Below are positions 14,990 through 27,335 of a DNA stretch of 64,000 nucleotides, piece by piece. The stretch covers positions 54,500,001 to 54,564,000 of the forward strand of contig NC_045707.1 in the NCBI RefSeq assembly GCF_009834535.1, in the 5' to 3' direction. The position numbers and the translations under genes are program-made. Position 1 is the stretch's first letter; the number at the start of each line of letters is the position of its first letter. Below the pieces are notes generated by a model. It was not told the DNA's origin and ran no database searches. It saw nothing but the letters and a program-made list of their open reading frames with translations. The stretch is from Camelus ferus. Lineage: Eukaryota.

Positions 14990-15845
14990 GAAAATGTTAT
15001 TCAGTTTCATATAAAACTCAGCATGTGCCTACTATGTGGCACAGGAATTTTACTCCTCAAATTTTCCCAAGGGAAATGAAAAGATATGTCAGTAAAAATA
15101 AGTGTGAAAGAATGTTTATAGCAAATGTATTTATAATAGTCAAAACTAGAAATAGCCCAAGTTTGCATCAATAGGAGTATGGATAATCACTGTAGACTTC
15201 TATTCATACAAAAATATACTACTCAGTAATAAAAAGAAATGAACTACTCCTACAACACTGATAAATTTTAAAAGTATTATTGTAAGTGAAAGAAGTCTTA
15301 ATAAAAGAGAACAACTGTATAATTTAATTCATATGAAGTTTTAAAGCAAGTAAAAATTGATGTTTGTTGGAAAAAATAAGAACAGTGGTAGCCATGGAAG
15401 GGTGATGTCGGTATTAACTGGAAGAGGTAGGAACAATTTTCTGGAGTGCATGTTTTTTGGTGATGTTTTGCATGTTGGTAGGTGGTTATATAACTGTTTC
15501 AAAACTCATTAAATGATATATCTAAGACTTGTTATTTTATGTAAATTTTATCTCAAAAGAAAAAAAAAGAACTAAAAACATATTTAATTCCAATGACTTA
15601 TATGTATGCTGAGGTGTTTAGAGGCAAAATGCACTGATGTATAAAATTTACTTTGAAATGCTTCAATAAAATAAGATGGATTTATGGACAAGAAGAATGG
15701 TAGAAAGACAAAGTGATCTGTGATAGACTAAGTGTAGTAAAATGTCAATCGTTAAATCTAAATGGTGAGTATGTGAGTATTTACTAGAAAATTCTTCAAA
15801 CTTTTCTGTATGTTTAAATTTTTTCATAAGAAGTACTGGAAAAAA
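14990..15845 (+). mobile_element. L1MC-like 3' end
   Basis: gaatgtttatagcaaatgtatttataatagtcaaaactagaaatagccc...aattttactttgaaatgc...aaaattcttcaaacttttctgtatgttt. Confidence 0.75.
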
Positions 15846-15869
15846 ATTAACTACTAGTTTTAGAAACCA

Positions 15870-16560
15870 CAGATTATCTTACTTAAATCAATTAATACTT
15901 TGCTATTTGTAAGATGGTAATTTTCTAAGTCCCCCATTCCATGTACATTTAGTAGTTGGCCTTTTACTCTGAAAAACAGCTTTTTCTTTTCATATTTATT
16001 GCTTTATTTATTTTGAGTGTGGATTCACGTTTTCTTATTCTATTTACTGTTATACTCTATTACTACATTACTGTCATTAATTTTCAAGTTTGAAATTCCC
16101 CGTATTTAGCAAGTTGGAAGTCTTTCAAGCTAGCTATTTCTTTTTGCTAGGTCCTTATTTCTTTTTGATCACTTCTAGCATGAGATATTTTCAAGCTATC
16201 TTGCATTTTCTTTGTCTCAGACCTGGATTCAGCCATTTCAAAAACAATGATTCTTTTGAGTGCAGAATGACATCTGGAAATTGTGACCTTGTTTCTAGAT
16301 GTGCTCATTGCTGTGTGCGTCTTTCTTTCTATGCCCTTTGAGTAGAATTTCATAAATTTAATACATACATATATTTAAATTAAATATTTAAATGATGAGC
16401 TTATTCTGATACCTCCAGTTTCACTACATTAAAGTGTTCTCTTTATGTTTTTTGCCTTTTTTTGACTTCCATCACTGAATATTTGTATCACCCTTCTCTG
16501 CCAGTGAAGACTGTTTCCCAACATCAATATATTACCGATAGCACAAATCCTACAGTATAC
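15870..16560 (-). mobile_element. Old L1 (L1MC/ME) 3' region, reverse orientation
   Basis: T-rich segment with ctcagacctggattcagccatttc and atgtgctcattgct motifs typical of old L1 3' ends. Confidence 0.55.
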
Positions 16561-17299
16561 TCTACACGTATAATTCAAGGGAGGATTCCTGGGTAGATGA
16601 TGATGTGAACATAGGCAATTAACTTCCTTCTTTTTGGATCCCCACTGAAATTATCAAAGGGAATCTTAAAGAGGGAGTTTCTGAATATGAACTGAAAACT
16701 AAAGAAAGGTGTTTTAAAAAACCCTCAAGAATTTTAACTAGATACAATGAAGGAAGACACAAAGGATATTCCTTTTCTCCTTGAAAATGATGCATCACTT
16801 CACAACAATAAAGATACACCTTTTTAAGAACATCTTAAATGCACCTTAATTTGCAGAACAAGGAGTAAAGTCCTCAGTGAGTAGAGATAGAGCTTATCAC
16901 TCTTTTTTTTTTTTTTAACACTATGAAACAGTATAAATTTGAAAGCAGCTGAACTGGAACCCACAAGTAACAGAAAACAGACAGTAACTTTCAGAAAGCT
17001 GACGAGCAATTGGGGACAATCTCTAACACTGGGGCTGCAATACTAAGGAAGAGGCTGAACACAGTATCACTTTGTAACTGGTGAGATCCTCTGCTTATTC
17101 AAAAAATGGAAAATATTAAGGAGCATTAATTTAAAAAGCTAGAAGTAGAAAAACAAAGTAAATCAATAAATGCAGGAGAGGAATATAATAAAGTCAAATT
17201 TAGTAAATTAAAAAATAGAAAAAGTCAATAGAATATATTAATAAGTTTAAGAGCTGAGTCTTTCACAAAATAAAACATTCTCCTTGTCTGAACAACAGT

Positions 17300-18905
17300 T
17301 TTAAAACATAATCGTCTGGTCTGATTTATATTCTTGCCCTTCCCCTTTGCTTTGAAAATGTGCATGTTTCTGCGTGGGATCCTTCTTCAGCCTGGTTTCC
17401 AGAATGAGAAGCTACCTGGGAACATCCTAGTAATGACATGGAGCTAACCAATAGAGGAATTAATACAAGAAGTGGGTTCTGACATTTAAAACAACAACCA
17501 CCCAAACTAACATGTATCTCGTTGGCTTGGTATCAGGTGGTGGATGAATAGTAAAACATTATTTAGAAACTGGAAAATAGCGACTAACATGATTCAGTGG
17601 TGAAATGTTTAATAAAACTGTCACATGAAATCATTCAAAAGACAGATAATGTATCTAATGAGCCTGTGGTTCTGGGAGAGGGTTTTTTAAAAATAGAGTG
17701 TTATTAGCGTGAGTTTGTTGGTATTAGCTGCATTTTATAAGGTGTCTGCCAACTAAGAGTTGAGTTAGGAGAGAACTGGCTCATTTTCAAGGAGAGACCA
17801 GGAAAAAAAAAAGGTAACTCAAAACTTGCAGGCTTTAGGGATATAGTGCTTTCCCTTCTCTAATTTTTAAAAAGGAAAAACAAAACAAAACAAAAAAATG
17901 TTTTGAGCAACTTCAGAGAAGACAGTGAAGGCATGGCCATCACACTTTTTGTTTTAAACTCAGATTTAATTAACTTGCCTGTCCCCCATCAAATCTTTCA
18001 GTTGGACAAAATATCTTTGGAGAAAGAGACCAAAGACATAATCCCACAAGTATCTGATAAACTCAAAGCACCTATGATTAAATCTAAAGAGAAAGGCATA
18101 TATGGAAAGAATTGTGCATGTGACTATTACTACAGAGAGTGGAGAGGAAGCAATTTTTCAAATGTTTTGAGAGTTGTATTTCCAGAAGTACCACCAATTT
18201 GATTAAATTGACACAATTTTAGGCAAAAAAATTTCCATTTCATATGTAGCCAAGGATGGTATTGAAAAAGGAGACACTTGTTAAAGAGTGGAGGACTCAA
18301 ACCATGGAAAACAAATGACAAGAGCATTACTTTTAAGGAGGAGAACCATGACCTCTAAGTAATATTTTCTCACTGAGTATAGAAACACTTCACAAAGGTA
18401 TCCCAATGCAATTTCAGAAGTGCTTTGGGCTACTGACCACTCTGAAAGGCAGTGTTTATGACAGTTCTCTTGTCCCTGTTCCACCATCATATGTTGGATT
18501 TGTATGTTGTAGGCATGCGGGGAAGGATGGGTTCCCACCTCCTCTCCGCCACATCTCTGGATCAAGAGGAGCCACCCCTGTATCTGACTTGCTTTGGGCA
18601 ATGAAAAGTGCACAGTGTGACACACACCACATCTAACCAGCAGCTCTATTTGCAATTGTGTGGTTTGGTTTGGCCTCTTGTCTTCCCTTTTCCTAAAAGA
18701 ATAGTATGTTCCACATAAGGTTTGCTCCTTCAGTTAAGGTCCCAGAATCAGAAGACACATGGAACAACGTCAGACAGAGTCAAGTGGACTGGAGCAAGCT
18801 ACAGTCACTGCAGTGTGACAGGAGTGAGGAATAAATGCTTGGTGTCGTAAGCAACTGAGACTCATGAGTGGTGAGTTGTGCAGCAAGACTACCACAAACA
18901 TAGCT
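17300..18905 (+). mobile_element. MaLR (MLT1) internal sequence with 3' LTR
   Basis: MLT1-int-like gaaactggaaaa...gtggtgaaatgtttaataaaactgtcac...atgtatctaatgagc. LTR-like end aataaatgcttggtgtcgtaagcaactgagact...gcagcaag at ~18830-18890. Confidence 0.65.
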
Positions 18906-19619
18906 AGAAAACATTTTTAAATAATCTGTAAGTACAGCTTTAGGATGCACAGCTCTAGGTTTAAAATTTGGTTGAAATAAAGGACAGCCTCTGAAAGAAA
19001 TTTTTTCAAAGTAACTAAAGATGAAAAAAAAAACCCTACACTGGAAGATATTTTTTAGAGGCTCTTGGAAATAATGTGAAATTACCTCTGAGTGATTATT
19101 AGGCCCAGATGGTTTTACAAGCTAATTCATTTCAATCTTTCAAAGAAGAGATGTTTCCAAGGAGATATATTCATGCTAGTCAACAATTTAGTAAAACATA
19201 AAATCTTCCAATTCATTTTGTAAAATCAGCATAGCCATAATAACACCTAACAAAAATATTACAAACACAAAAAAGTCTCATAAAAAACTCAATCATAGAA
19301 AGGAATGCTATGGGCTGGATGGTCAATATGGCATCACTATTACTTCCTTATAAGGGTGAGCACTACATTTCCAAGAATCACCTTCCTTATAGATTCTTAA
19401 TGTTTGCCAATAAGAGGAACATGCATGTAACCTGGAAGATAGAGCAAATGAAAGTCAACACTCTCCGAAGGTCACACAGCCAGTGCAGTGGCTTCTTGGA
19501 ATTCCCTGTGAATATCCACCTGCTATATTGCTTGAGACTGAAGTTGTTAGTTGTTTGCAACTAAAGCTATTCTTACAGAGTAAATGATAATCTTGAAGTA
19601 ATTTACAAATGAAAATATA

Positions 19620-19968
19620 ATCGTAGTTGTTCAAATCCAAAAGCTAGACAAAGACAAGTAGAAGAAATATATAAATAACACGAGAAAAGAGATTCACAAA
19701 AAAACAAAAAATACATCGCTAATGATATCAGAAGTTGATTCCTTGTAAGAACTCATAGACAAATGTTTAGCAAAACTGATTAGAAAAGAGAAAAGGTTGA
19801 AATAAACAACATGAATGTAGAGGTACATATATCTACAAGTATAACCTAAAATTTAAAGTTAAAAAAAATGCTAAAACTTATTGCAACCACACCAAAAAAA
19901 CTTAGCTGAAATGAACAATTTAAAAGAAATGAATTACCAAAATTTACTCAATGAGAAATTGTTAACCT
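19620..19968 (+). mobile_element. Old L1 ORF2 fragment, left part (interrupted by a younger L1)
   Basis: agacaaatgtttagcaaaactgattag...aattaccaaaatttactcaatgagaaattg, matching the LPKLTQEEI-like region. Continues at 23336. Confidence 0.7.
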
Positions 19969-22900
19969 AGGAGAGTGATGTCACTGAGATGGCAACATAA
20001 GTCATTCCTGACTTCACTCCCTTCACAAGAATAACAACTAACATCTGTTCAAGAACAAGACACCGCTGAGAGAATCCTAGAAAATAAGGGTGAGGCCGAA
20101 GGACCCCTGCCCCAACCTTCACCTCAGAGACCAAGACAGACTGCATTAGATGGGGAACAAGCAGCTACACGTTGACCGTGTTGCCCCTCCTCCGGGATAG
20201 CACTGCCGCACACAGAGACACCCTTGAGCCTTCGGTTCCTCCAGGGGAAGCAGAGCATCCAGGAGGGACAACGGCCCCCCCTCCACTGTGGGTTGATTTG
20301 CAGGAGCCCCTACTCTGATGTCACACTAGGAGAACTGGCAGGGCTCAGCCCCTGGGAATCTGACAGTGCTGGTGAATGCTTGCAACAACTGCGGGTCTTG
20401 GCAGACCGAGTTCCAACCTGCAGTGCCCAAGGAGTGATTCAAGCCAGTGGCTTTGCTCAAACCCATCTGCAGAACTAATCAGGGTACCTCTGAGAGAACT
20501 TAGAAGGGTGCAGATCTGCCTGATTTGGGTCCTCAAACAAGGAGTTTCACCAGACTTAGAGCCTGGATTGCCCACCCCCAGGCAAGGTGCTGAATCACAG
20601 TCCCATCCACTGTGGAGAGCGCCCCCAGCCCCATCTGACCAGAAAGGCTGGTGACAGCTCCGGGAAGCCCTGTGGCTCAGCGGCACTCAAGTTAATCATC
20701 CCCAAAGCAAAGCCAGTGCCTGGTGTGGACACTTCCAGTGCTGTGTGACACAGGAAGGGGGGTTCATTTGTAGCCAAAGCTGGGGGTATCTTCTGGGCCC
20801 TCTTAACCGGAGAGACTGGGAAACTGAGCAGCCTGCAGCGGCCTCTCTCCCTCCTGCTCAGGCAAGGGGGCTGAGAAACGGCCTCGCCCACTGTGGAGAG
20901 TGTCTTCCGGCCACGTCTGATGAGGAGGCCTGGTGAAAAGACTGAAAGCGGTGCAGCCCGGCATGCTCAGGAGAGGAGAGCAGACAATGCGGATCCTTTG
21001 CAGAACAAATTCAGTGGCCCTGTTTGGCCAGGTAACTTGAGGTGTGGGTTGGCTTGAGTTAAGATAACAAAGAGCATCGCCAGTTTCAGAGCTGCTGCTC
21101 CCACTGCGCCTGGGCAGGGGCTCACTCATCTCTGGGTACAGCCTTCAGCCTGTCCCACCAGAGAAGCCACTTCACTCATTCACCGGCCCTGCATACAGTG
21201 GTGCTTGGAAGAGAACACAGCCTGTGGCCTCCCTCGTCTACAGAGCAAAACCAGCGGCCTCACCTGCTCAGGGAATTCAGTGCACACTAAGCCTTGATTC
21301 AGGCCCTGAAGCAGTAAGCTGTACAGACCCTGCGGTGCGAACTCTCTTACAGCTCTAGTTTAAAAGTTAAAGAAATGAATGCAGCAAAAATAACCATAAA
21401 TAAAATAACCTGTTATTAGTTGCACAATATAAAAAACATCTAAATCCTGTGGTGTATAACTCAGAACTCAAGTTTAAAAGCTAAAAAGAAATGAACACAG
21501 CAAAAATAACCATAAATACAGTAACCTGTTATTAGCTGCACAATATAAAAAACATGTAAATTGTAACAGCAATTACCTAAAATGTGAAGGGGAAACCAAG
21601 TGAGTATAAAGTGTACCAATTCTACTGAAGTTAAGTTGTTATCATTTTAAAATAAGGTGTTATAAGTTGAAAGCATTTTATGTAAACCTCATGAGAACCA
21701 CATGGGGAAATCTTGTAGTAAACACCTAGAAGAACATGATCAAGAAGTCAAAGCATACTAATTATAAAATGTGTTGAAACACACACAAAGTAAGCTGGAT
21801 AAGAAACAGAACACTAGATCTACAAAACAACCAGAAAACAACTAACAAAATAGCAATAGTACATCCTTACTTATCAATACTTACTTGAAACTTAAACAGA
21901 TTAAATTCTTCGATAAAAATATATAGAATGGCTAAATGGATTAAAAATAAGATCCAACAATATGCTGCCTATCAGAGACTCACTCTAGCCTTAAAGACAA
22001 ATATAGACTGAGTGAAAGGGTGAAAAACGACATTCCAAGCAAATGATAACAGAAAAAATAAAATTGGGGGTATCTATACTTACATCAGACAAAATAGACT
22101 TTAAATTAAAAATGGTAAAAAAAGACAAAAGTCATTATACAATGATAAAGGGGTCAGTACACCCAGAAGATATATAACAATTGTGGGTATTTATGTGTCC
22201 AACATCACTGAACCTAAATATTTAAAGCAAAAACCAACAGTGCTAAAAGGAGAAATAAATAGCAATACAATAATAGCTAGGGACTGCATCAGAGTAAAAA
22301 GCTTTTTCACAGCAAAAGAAACCATCATTACACTAGGGACATGCAAATTAAAATTACAATGAGATATCACCTCAAGCTGTTAGAATGACCATCCTCAAAA
22401 GATAAGAAATAACAGACGTACCTGTGAATGTGGAGAAAAGGGAACTCTTGGGCACTGTTGGTGGGATTATAAATTGGTGCAGCTACATTGGAGAACAGTA
22501 TGGAGGATCCTCAAAAAATTAAGAGTAGACCTCCCAGATGATCCAGCAATTCCATTTCTGAGAATATACTCAAAGGTAACAAAAACATTAACTTGAAAAG
22601 CTATCGGCACCCCTATGTTCATAGCACTATTTACAATAGCCAAGATATGGAAGCAGTCTAATAGATCAACAGATGAACAGATAAAGAAGATATGGCACAT
22701 ATAAATATATAATGCTATATTACTGAAACATTAAAAACATTTTTTGCCATCTGCCACAACATGGGTGAATGTTGAAGGCATTATGCTAAGTGAAGTAGGG
22801 CATACAGAGAAAAATACTCTATGACCTCACTTACATGTGGAATCTAAAAACAAAAATCAAAACTAAACTTGTAGAAAAAAAGATCAGACTTATGGTTATC

Positions 22901-23163
22901 AGAGGCAGGTGGTGGTGGGAGGAAGAAGGGGAACAGTAAGGAGATGGTAAGAAGGTAAACTTCCAGTTATAAGATAAATAAGCACTAGGGGGGTAAAGTA
23001 CTACATGATGACTATACCTAATACTGCTGTATGGCTAGATAGGAAAGGGCTTGAGAGAGTAAATCCTAAGAGTTCTCATCACAAGGAGAATGTTTTTTTC
23101 TTTTCTTCTTTTTACTGTATCCATATGAGAAGATGGATGCTAGCTGAACCTGTTGTGGTAATC

Positions 23164-23195
<32 letters not shown>

Positions 23196-23320
23196 ATATA
23201 CATGTGTGTATGTATATAAATCAAATTGTCATGCTGTATGCTTTAAACTTACACAGTGATGTATGCCAATTATTTCTCAATAAAACTGGAATAAATTGAA
23301 AAGTATATAGTGTCAACAAA
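19969..23320 (+). mobile_element. Internally deleted L1 (L1MA-like) with 5'UTR, spacer, ORF2 remnants and 3'UTR
   Basis: Starts GGAGAGTGATGTCACTGAGATGGC, followed by a GC-rich 5'UTR to ~21350. Endonuclease region ~21850-22285, C-terminal ORF2 and 3'UTR ending CTCAATAAAACTGG. Degenerate TSD at 19954-19968 and 23321-23335. Confidence 0.85.
23164..23191. repeat. (GT)14 microsatellite within an L1 3'UTR
   Basis: Read directly. Confidence 0.95.
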
Positions 23321-23335
23321 AGAAAGAGTTAACCT

Positions 23336-23740
23336 TAAACAGACCAATAGAAAAACTGAATTAATGTTAAAGTATCTCTATCCACCACCCTCTTCCTACT
23401 TTCCTCAATTTCCCAGACAAGTAATAAATTCTTTCTGTCTTACAAAAGAGTATTTGAGAGAGTAGAAGTGTAAACTATAGATCTCATTTTGTGAGGGGAA
23501 CAGAAATAGATCACAGATCAATTCTATTTATGTATCTAGATTTAAAAAAACCCTAAATAAAATATGAAAAAGTTGGATCCATCAATTTATATAAAAAATA
23601 ATAGTATATTATAGTCAAGTAGAATTTATTCCAGGAATGCAAGCATGGTTAAACAACAGAAAATCTGTACGTTTCATATAACAATTTAAAATTTAAAAAC
23701 CATAAGCTTGACTTTATAAAATAAGACAAGCATTTGATAT
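23336..23740 (+). mobile_element. Old L1 ORF2 fragment, right part
   Basis: taaacagaccaata (LNRPI) and caagtagaatttattccaggaatgcaagcatggttaaacaac. Confidence 0.7.
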
Positions 23741-23744
23741 ATCT

Positions 23745-24190
23745 GGGTCTCCTCTCTGTTTCTCAAACATGCCAGGTGAACTTCTCTTAGGGTCTTTTCC
23801 CTGACTGACTCCTGTGCCTGGAACACACCCACCTCCCAACATCCACGATGCTAACACCTGCAAGTCCTTAAAGTTCTTGCACCAATAAAAACCCAGGGAG
23901 ACCCATCCTGACCACTCTACATATAACTGAAATCCACTTTCCTTGCCCTGACCCTCCCAACTCCCTTAGCCTACTCCAGTTTCTATTTTTTTATTCTATA
24001 GTACTTCCATATCATATGGTTTCATCATTTATTATGTTTATTGTGAATTGTTTGCCTTTCTTTGTCCCATCCCACTAGAGTATAAATTCTATGAGTGCAA
24101 GGATCTTTGTTTTGGTTACTGATACATTTCAAGCACCCAGAACTGTGCCTGCTATTTAGTACGTGCCCAATAAATATTTGTTGAATCAAA
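23745..24190 (+). mobile_element. L2 3' end
   Basis: cccactagagtataaattctatgagtgcaaggatctttgt...aataaatatttgttgaat. Confidence 0.8.
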
Positions 24191-24225
24191 TAATTCATAA
24201 TTTAAAAACTTGGTAAATTTATTAA

Positions 24226-24385
24226 ACAGGGAACTATATTCAATATCTTGTAGTGACCTATAACGAACATGAACATGAAAAGGAACATATGTATGTATAT
24301 GGATGACTGAAACATAATGCTGTGCACCACAAACTGACAACATTGTAAACTGACTATACTACAAGAAAGAAAAAATAAAGCTAAA
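24226..24385 (+). mobile_element. Short 5'-truncated lineage-specific L1 3' tail
   Basis: cagggaactatattcaatatcttgtagtgacctataa...tgactgaaacataatgctgtgcacc...actgactatact followed by an A-rich tail. Confidence 0.8.
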
Positions 24386-25511
24386 AAAACTCAGAAAATT
24401 AGCACTGAAAGAGAATTTTTTTTAACAAGACAAATAGGATATTTCCAAAAAACTACTTCAATATGCAGAATGGTTTTCAGTTATCATACATTATTTAGCT
24501 GTACCAGTTGAATGAATATTGAAATCGTTTCTTACTGCTGGATATATACCTGTGCCCAGAGTCCCCCAGATGCCTCCCTTCTGCCACTTCAGTCGCCTTC
24601 ATTCCCGTCATGGAACCCTGGCTCTATGATCAATTTCCTTTGGTCAGTGACAATTTTAGATTACTTACAGAAAATTACATATGTTTAATATCACCATTAT
24701 TTGAATCAAACATGAAAGAAAATGTAGGTGAAAGAAATCACCCAGGGAGAGTATGGAAAGGACCAAGGACAGAGCCCTGAAGCCATCAACGTTTAGAAAG
24801 AAGAAAATATAAAGATGGATAACGGGTTGCTAAGATTTCAGAGGAAAACCATAAGCATTTATTTTTATAAAAAAGAACCACTGATCGCAGCATAGAAGTC
24901 CTACAGGTGCCTGAAGTACGTATGTATCATCATAATTTAATAGAACCACAGTACAACCTAACTTTCTTGAGTTGTTCTGATTATATTTCAATGAGAAAAG
25001 CAGTCATCTGTCACATTTTATAAAATAATAACACTAATAAAAACAAACAAAACTATATATTTGTACATTGTATGCATGTATAAATGTGTTCACACAGAGG
25101 AAGAAAGACAGAGAGAGAAAGAATGAGAAAGAGAAGGAAAGGAAATTCTGTAAGACTACATATCAAGTAATTAACAATATTTACTACTAGCTTGTAGAAT
25201 TGACAGGAAGGCAGACGAACATAAACACAGGGCCTTTAATTTTTTTAAATTCTGACCATGTACAAGTTCATACTTTGACATGTATTCAATGAGCAGGTAT
25301 CACTGTTGTATTAAAATAATAATTTAGAATTTACGTTAGATTATGGAGTCTATAGAATTTGAATAAATCAGTAATGAGATCTTAAACAAATCAAAGAAAA
25401 TGCAGAAAAGGCATGGCAGGCAAAACAAATACAGTAAAACATTTTGTTTTCACATTTCTAAGTAGCTGTAGGCCTAGATTAATGCTGGAGCACACATATA
25501 CCTGACATTTA

Positions 25512-26015
25512 TGTCGACTGAAGAAAAACGCACAACCTAAAAACTGTGAGTTTTACGTTTTATTCAGGACCTTACTGGGCACTATAGCCTGGGAGACCAC
25601 CTTTCAGATAGCTTTGAAAAACTATTTCAAAGAGGTGAGAAAGGAGCCAGGATACATAGGAGTTTTTGTTGGGAAAAAACAGGCGGTCAAACATTAAAAG
25701 ATTACTGCTAATCACAAAAGACAGAAATCTCAAGTTAATGATTTTAATGCTTTTCTGTGTATGGGAAGATGCAAGAGCCTGGGGCGGGGGGCGGTCACTG
25801 AAATTATTCCTTAGATAGGCATCTTAGCCATCTAGGGCCAGGATCCAGCGCAGAATGTTTCCTGTTTTTCTCCCTTCTGAATTCTCCTCAGGGCGCACCA
25901 CTGGAGGGCGGCTGCGGTGGCTAATGGCTTAATGGTGGACAACATACGTTGTTTATCGGAATAACAGGCACTATTCTTTGTTTACTGAAATGGTAGGCAA
26001 CATTCTTTGTCCACA
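25512..26015 (-). mobile_element. Solo ERV1-type LTR
   Basis: TG...CA termini (tgtcgactg...tgtccaca) and AATAAA on the minus strand. Clearly homologous to the element at 43420-43923. Confidence 0.75.
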
Positions 26016-27149
26016 TACGTAAAGTATTTTAAAAATATAATCTATTGTTATATAAAAGAAATTTATAATTAAAAAGTAACTTAAAATGTAGTGATCACGA
26101 TCATGTTATTAAACTTTGATTTTTCTCTTGTTAATCAATCCCATGTCATTTAATTATTAGACCAGCCAGAAGAACTTGGAAGGGAAGAGGAGAATTTCCT
26201 CTCCGACAATAGGAAAATGAATTAATGTAATCTCATGATGTGAATGGATCCAGTATTTTCCTTTAGCATTGTGCTTTAAATTTTTTTTAAAATCTTTTCA
26301 TTGTTTTTCTGAATTCTGGGAGTTTTTGCATAATATTATCATTTTGGGAGATTTGATTTAAAAAATACTAGGGTATAAAGTCTTGACAAGTCAAGATTCC
26401 TCCCCCTACACACACCTCACACACACTTAAAGAGAATATTCACTTATTCTCTCCTTCAGACCGTTTATTACTTTTTTTTCAAATGCGAAGTATAATATTA
26501 ATTGCTTAAAAGTAGGTGTCAAATTCAGACGGTGATTTAGATACAGGCAGGTATTTATTTCCTGTATTTAATAGATGCCTTCTAATTGTGTGAGTTCAGA
26601 CAACCAAAGTTTCAGTTTTTTCCTCTGCAGTGTGTGGGTAACATCTATACTTACATCGCAGGGCTGGGGTCAGAGTTAAGAGAAATAAGACACATTAATT
26701 ATTGCACACACTGCAAAGGCACGCACTTAACACTGAATCGAAGCTTGTTAATACACAAAAATACAGTGTGGCCAAAAAGACTAGTCTTCCTTTACCTGTA
26801 GGTTGAAACACTCTTCCAAGTTCTGCTTTCCCTTCTGTGTGCTCTCTCTTCCTCTCACACCAACACAATGTGGCCGTATCCCACTGTGTGACAGAGAAAG
26901 CACCCAATAATCGTCAGCTAAATGATATTAGCAATTGAGCAATGAAATCTTTGAAGGATTTCGTTGTTACAATTTTAAAATGGTACTCTTCACCTCCATG
27001 CCTGGAGTTCCCAGGATCCCCTCGTGGGATCTTTGCACCCCTACTCCACTTCTTATTTTCTAAAGTGCTTAGCCTTTGCGGAAATCCTACACTTTCCTCC
27101 TGTTAAAATCTATACATTCACTAAGGGTTTACAAGAATGCATTTAAAAA

Positions 27150-27335
27150 AAAAATGCCAGATCCGGGTTTAAATCTCCATTCTGCCATTGAACTAGCTGT
27201 GTGACTTTTTGCAACTTCTTTTTTCTGGGTATCACCTCTGTCTAATCTCTAAATAAGGAAAAATCACCTCATTAATTAATTGAGATGATTAAATAAGCTA
27301 TTTTAAAGCCCCGGGTGCTTAGTGGGAAATTCAAT
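27150..27335 (+). mobile_element. MIR SINE
   Basis: ggtttaaatctccattctgccattgaactagctgtgtgact...gagatgattaaataagcta. Confidence 0.7.

Noticed and set aside
20224..21129. Cluster of 60-113 aa ORFs
   Set aside because: They fall in a GC-rich L1 5'UTR and show no protein-family resemblance.
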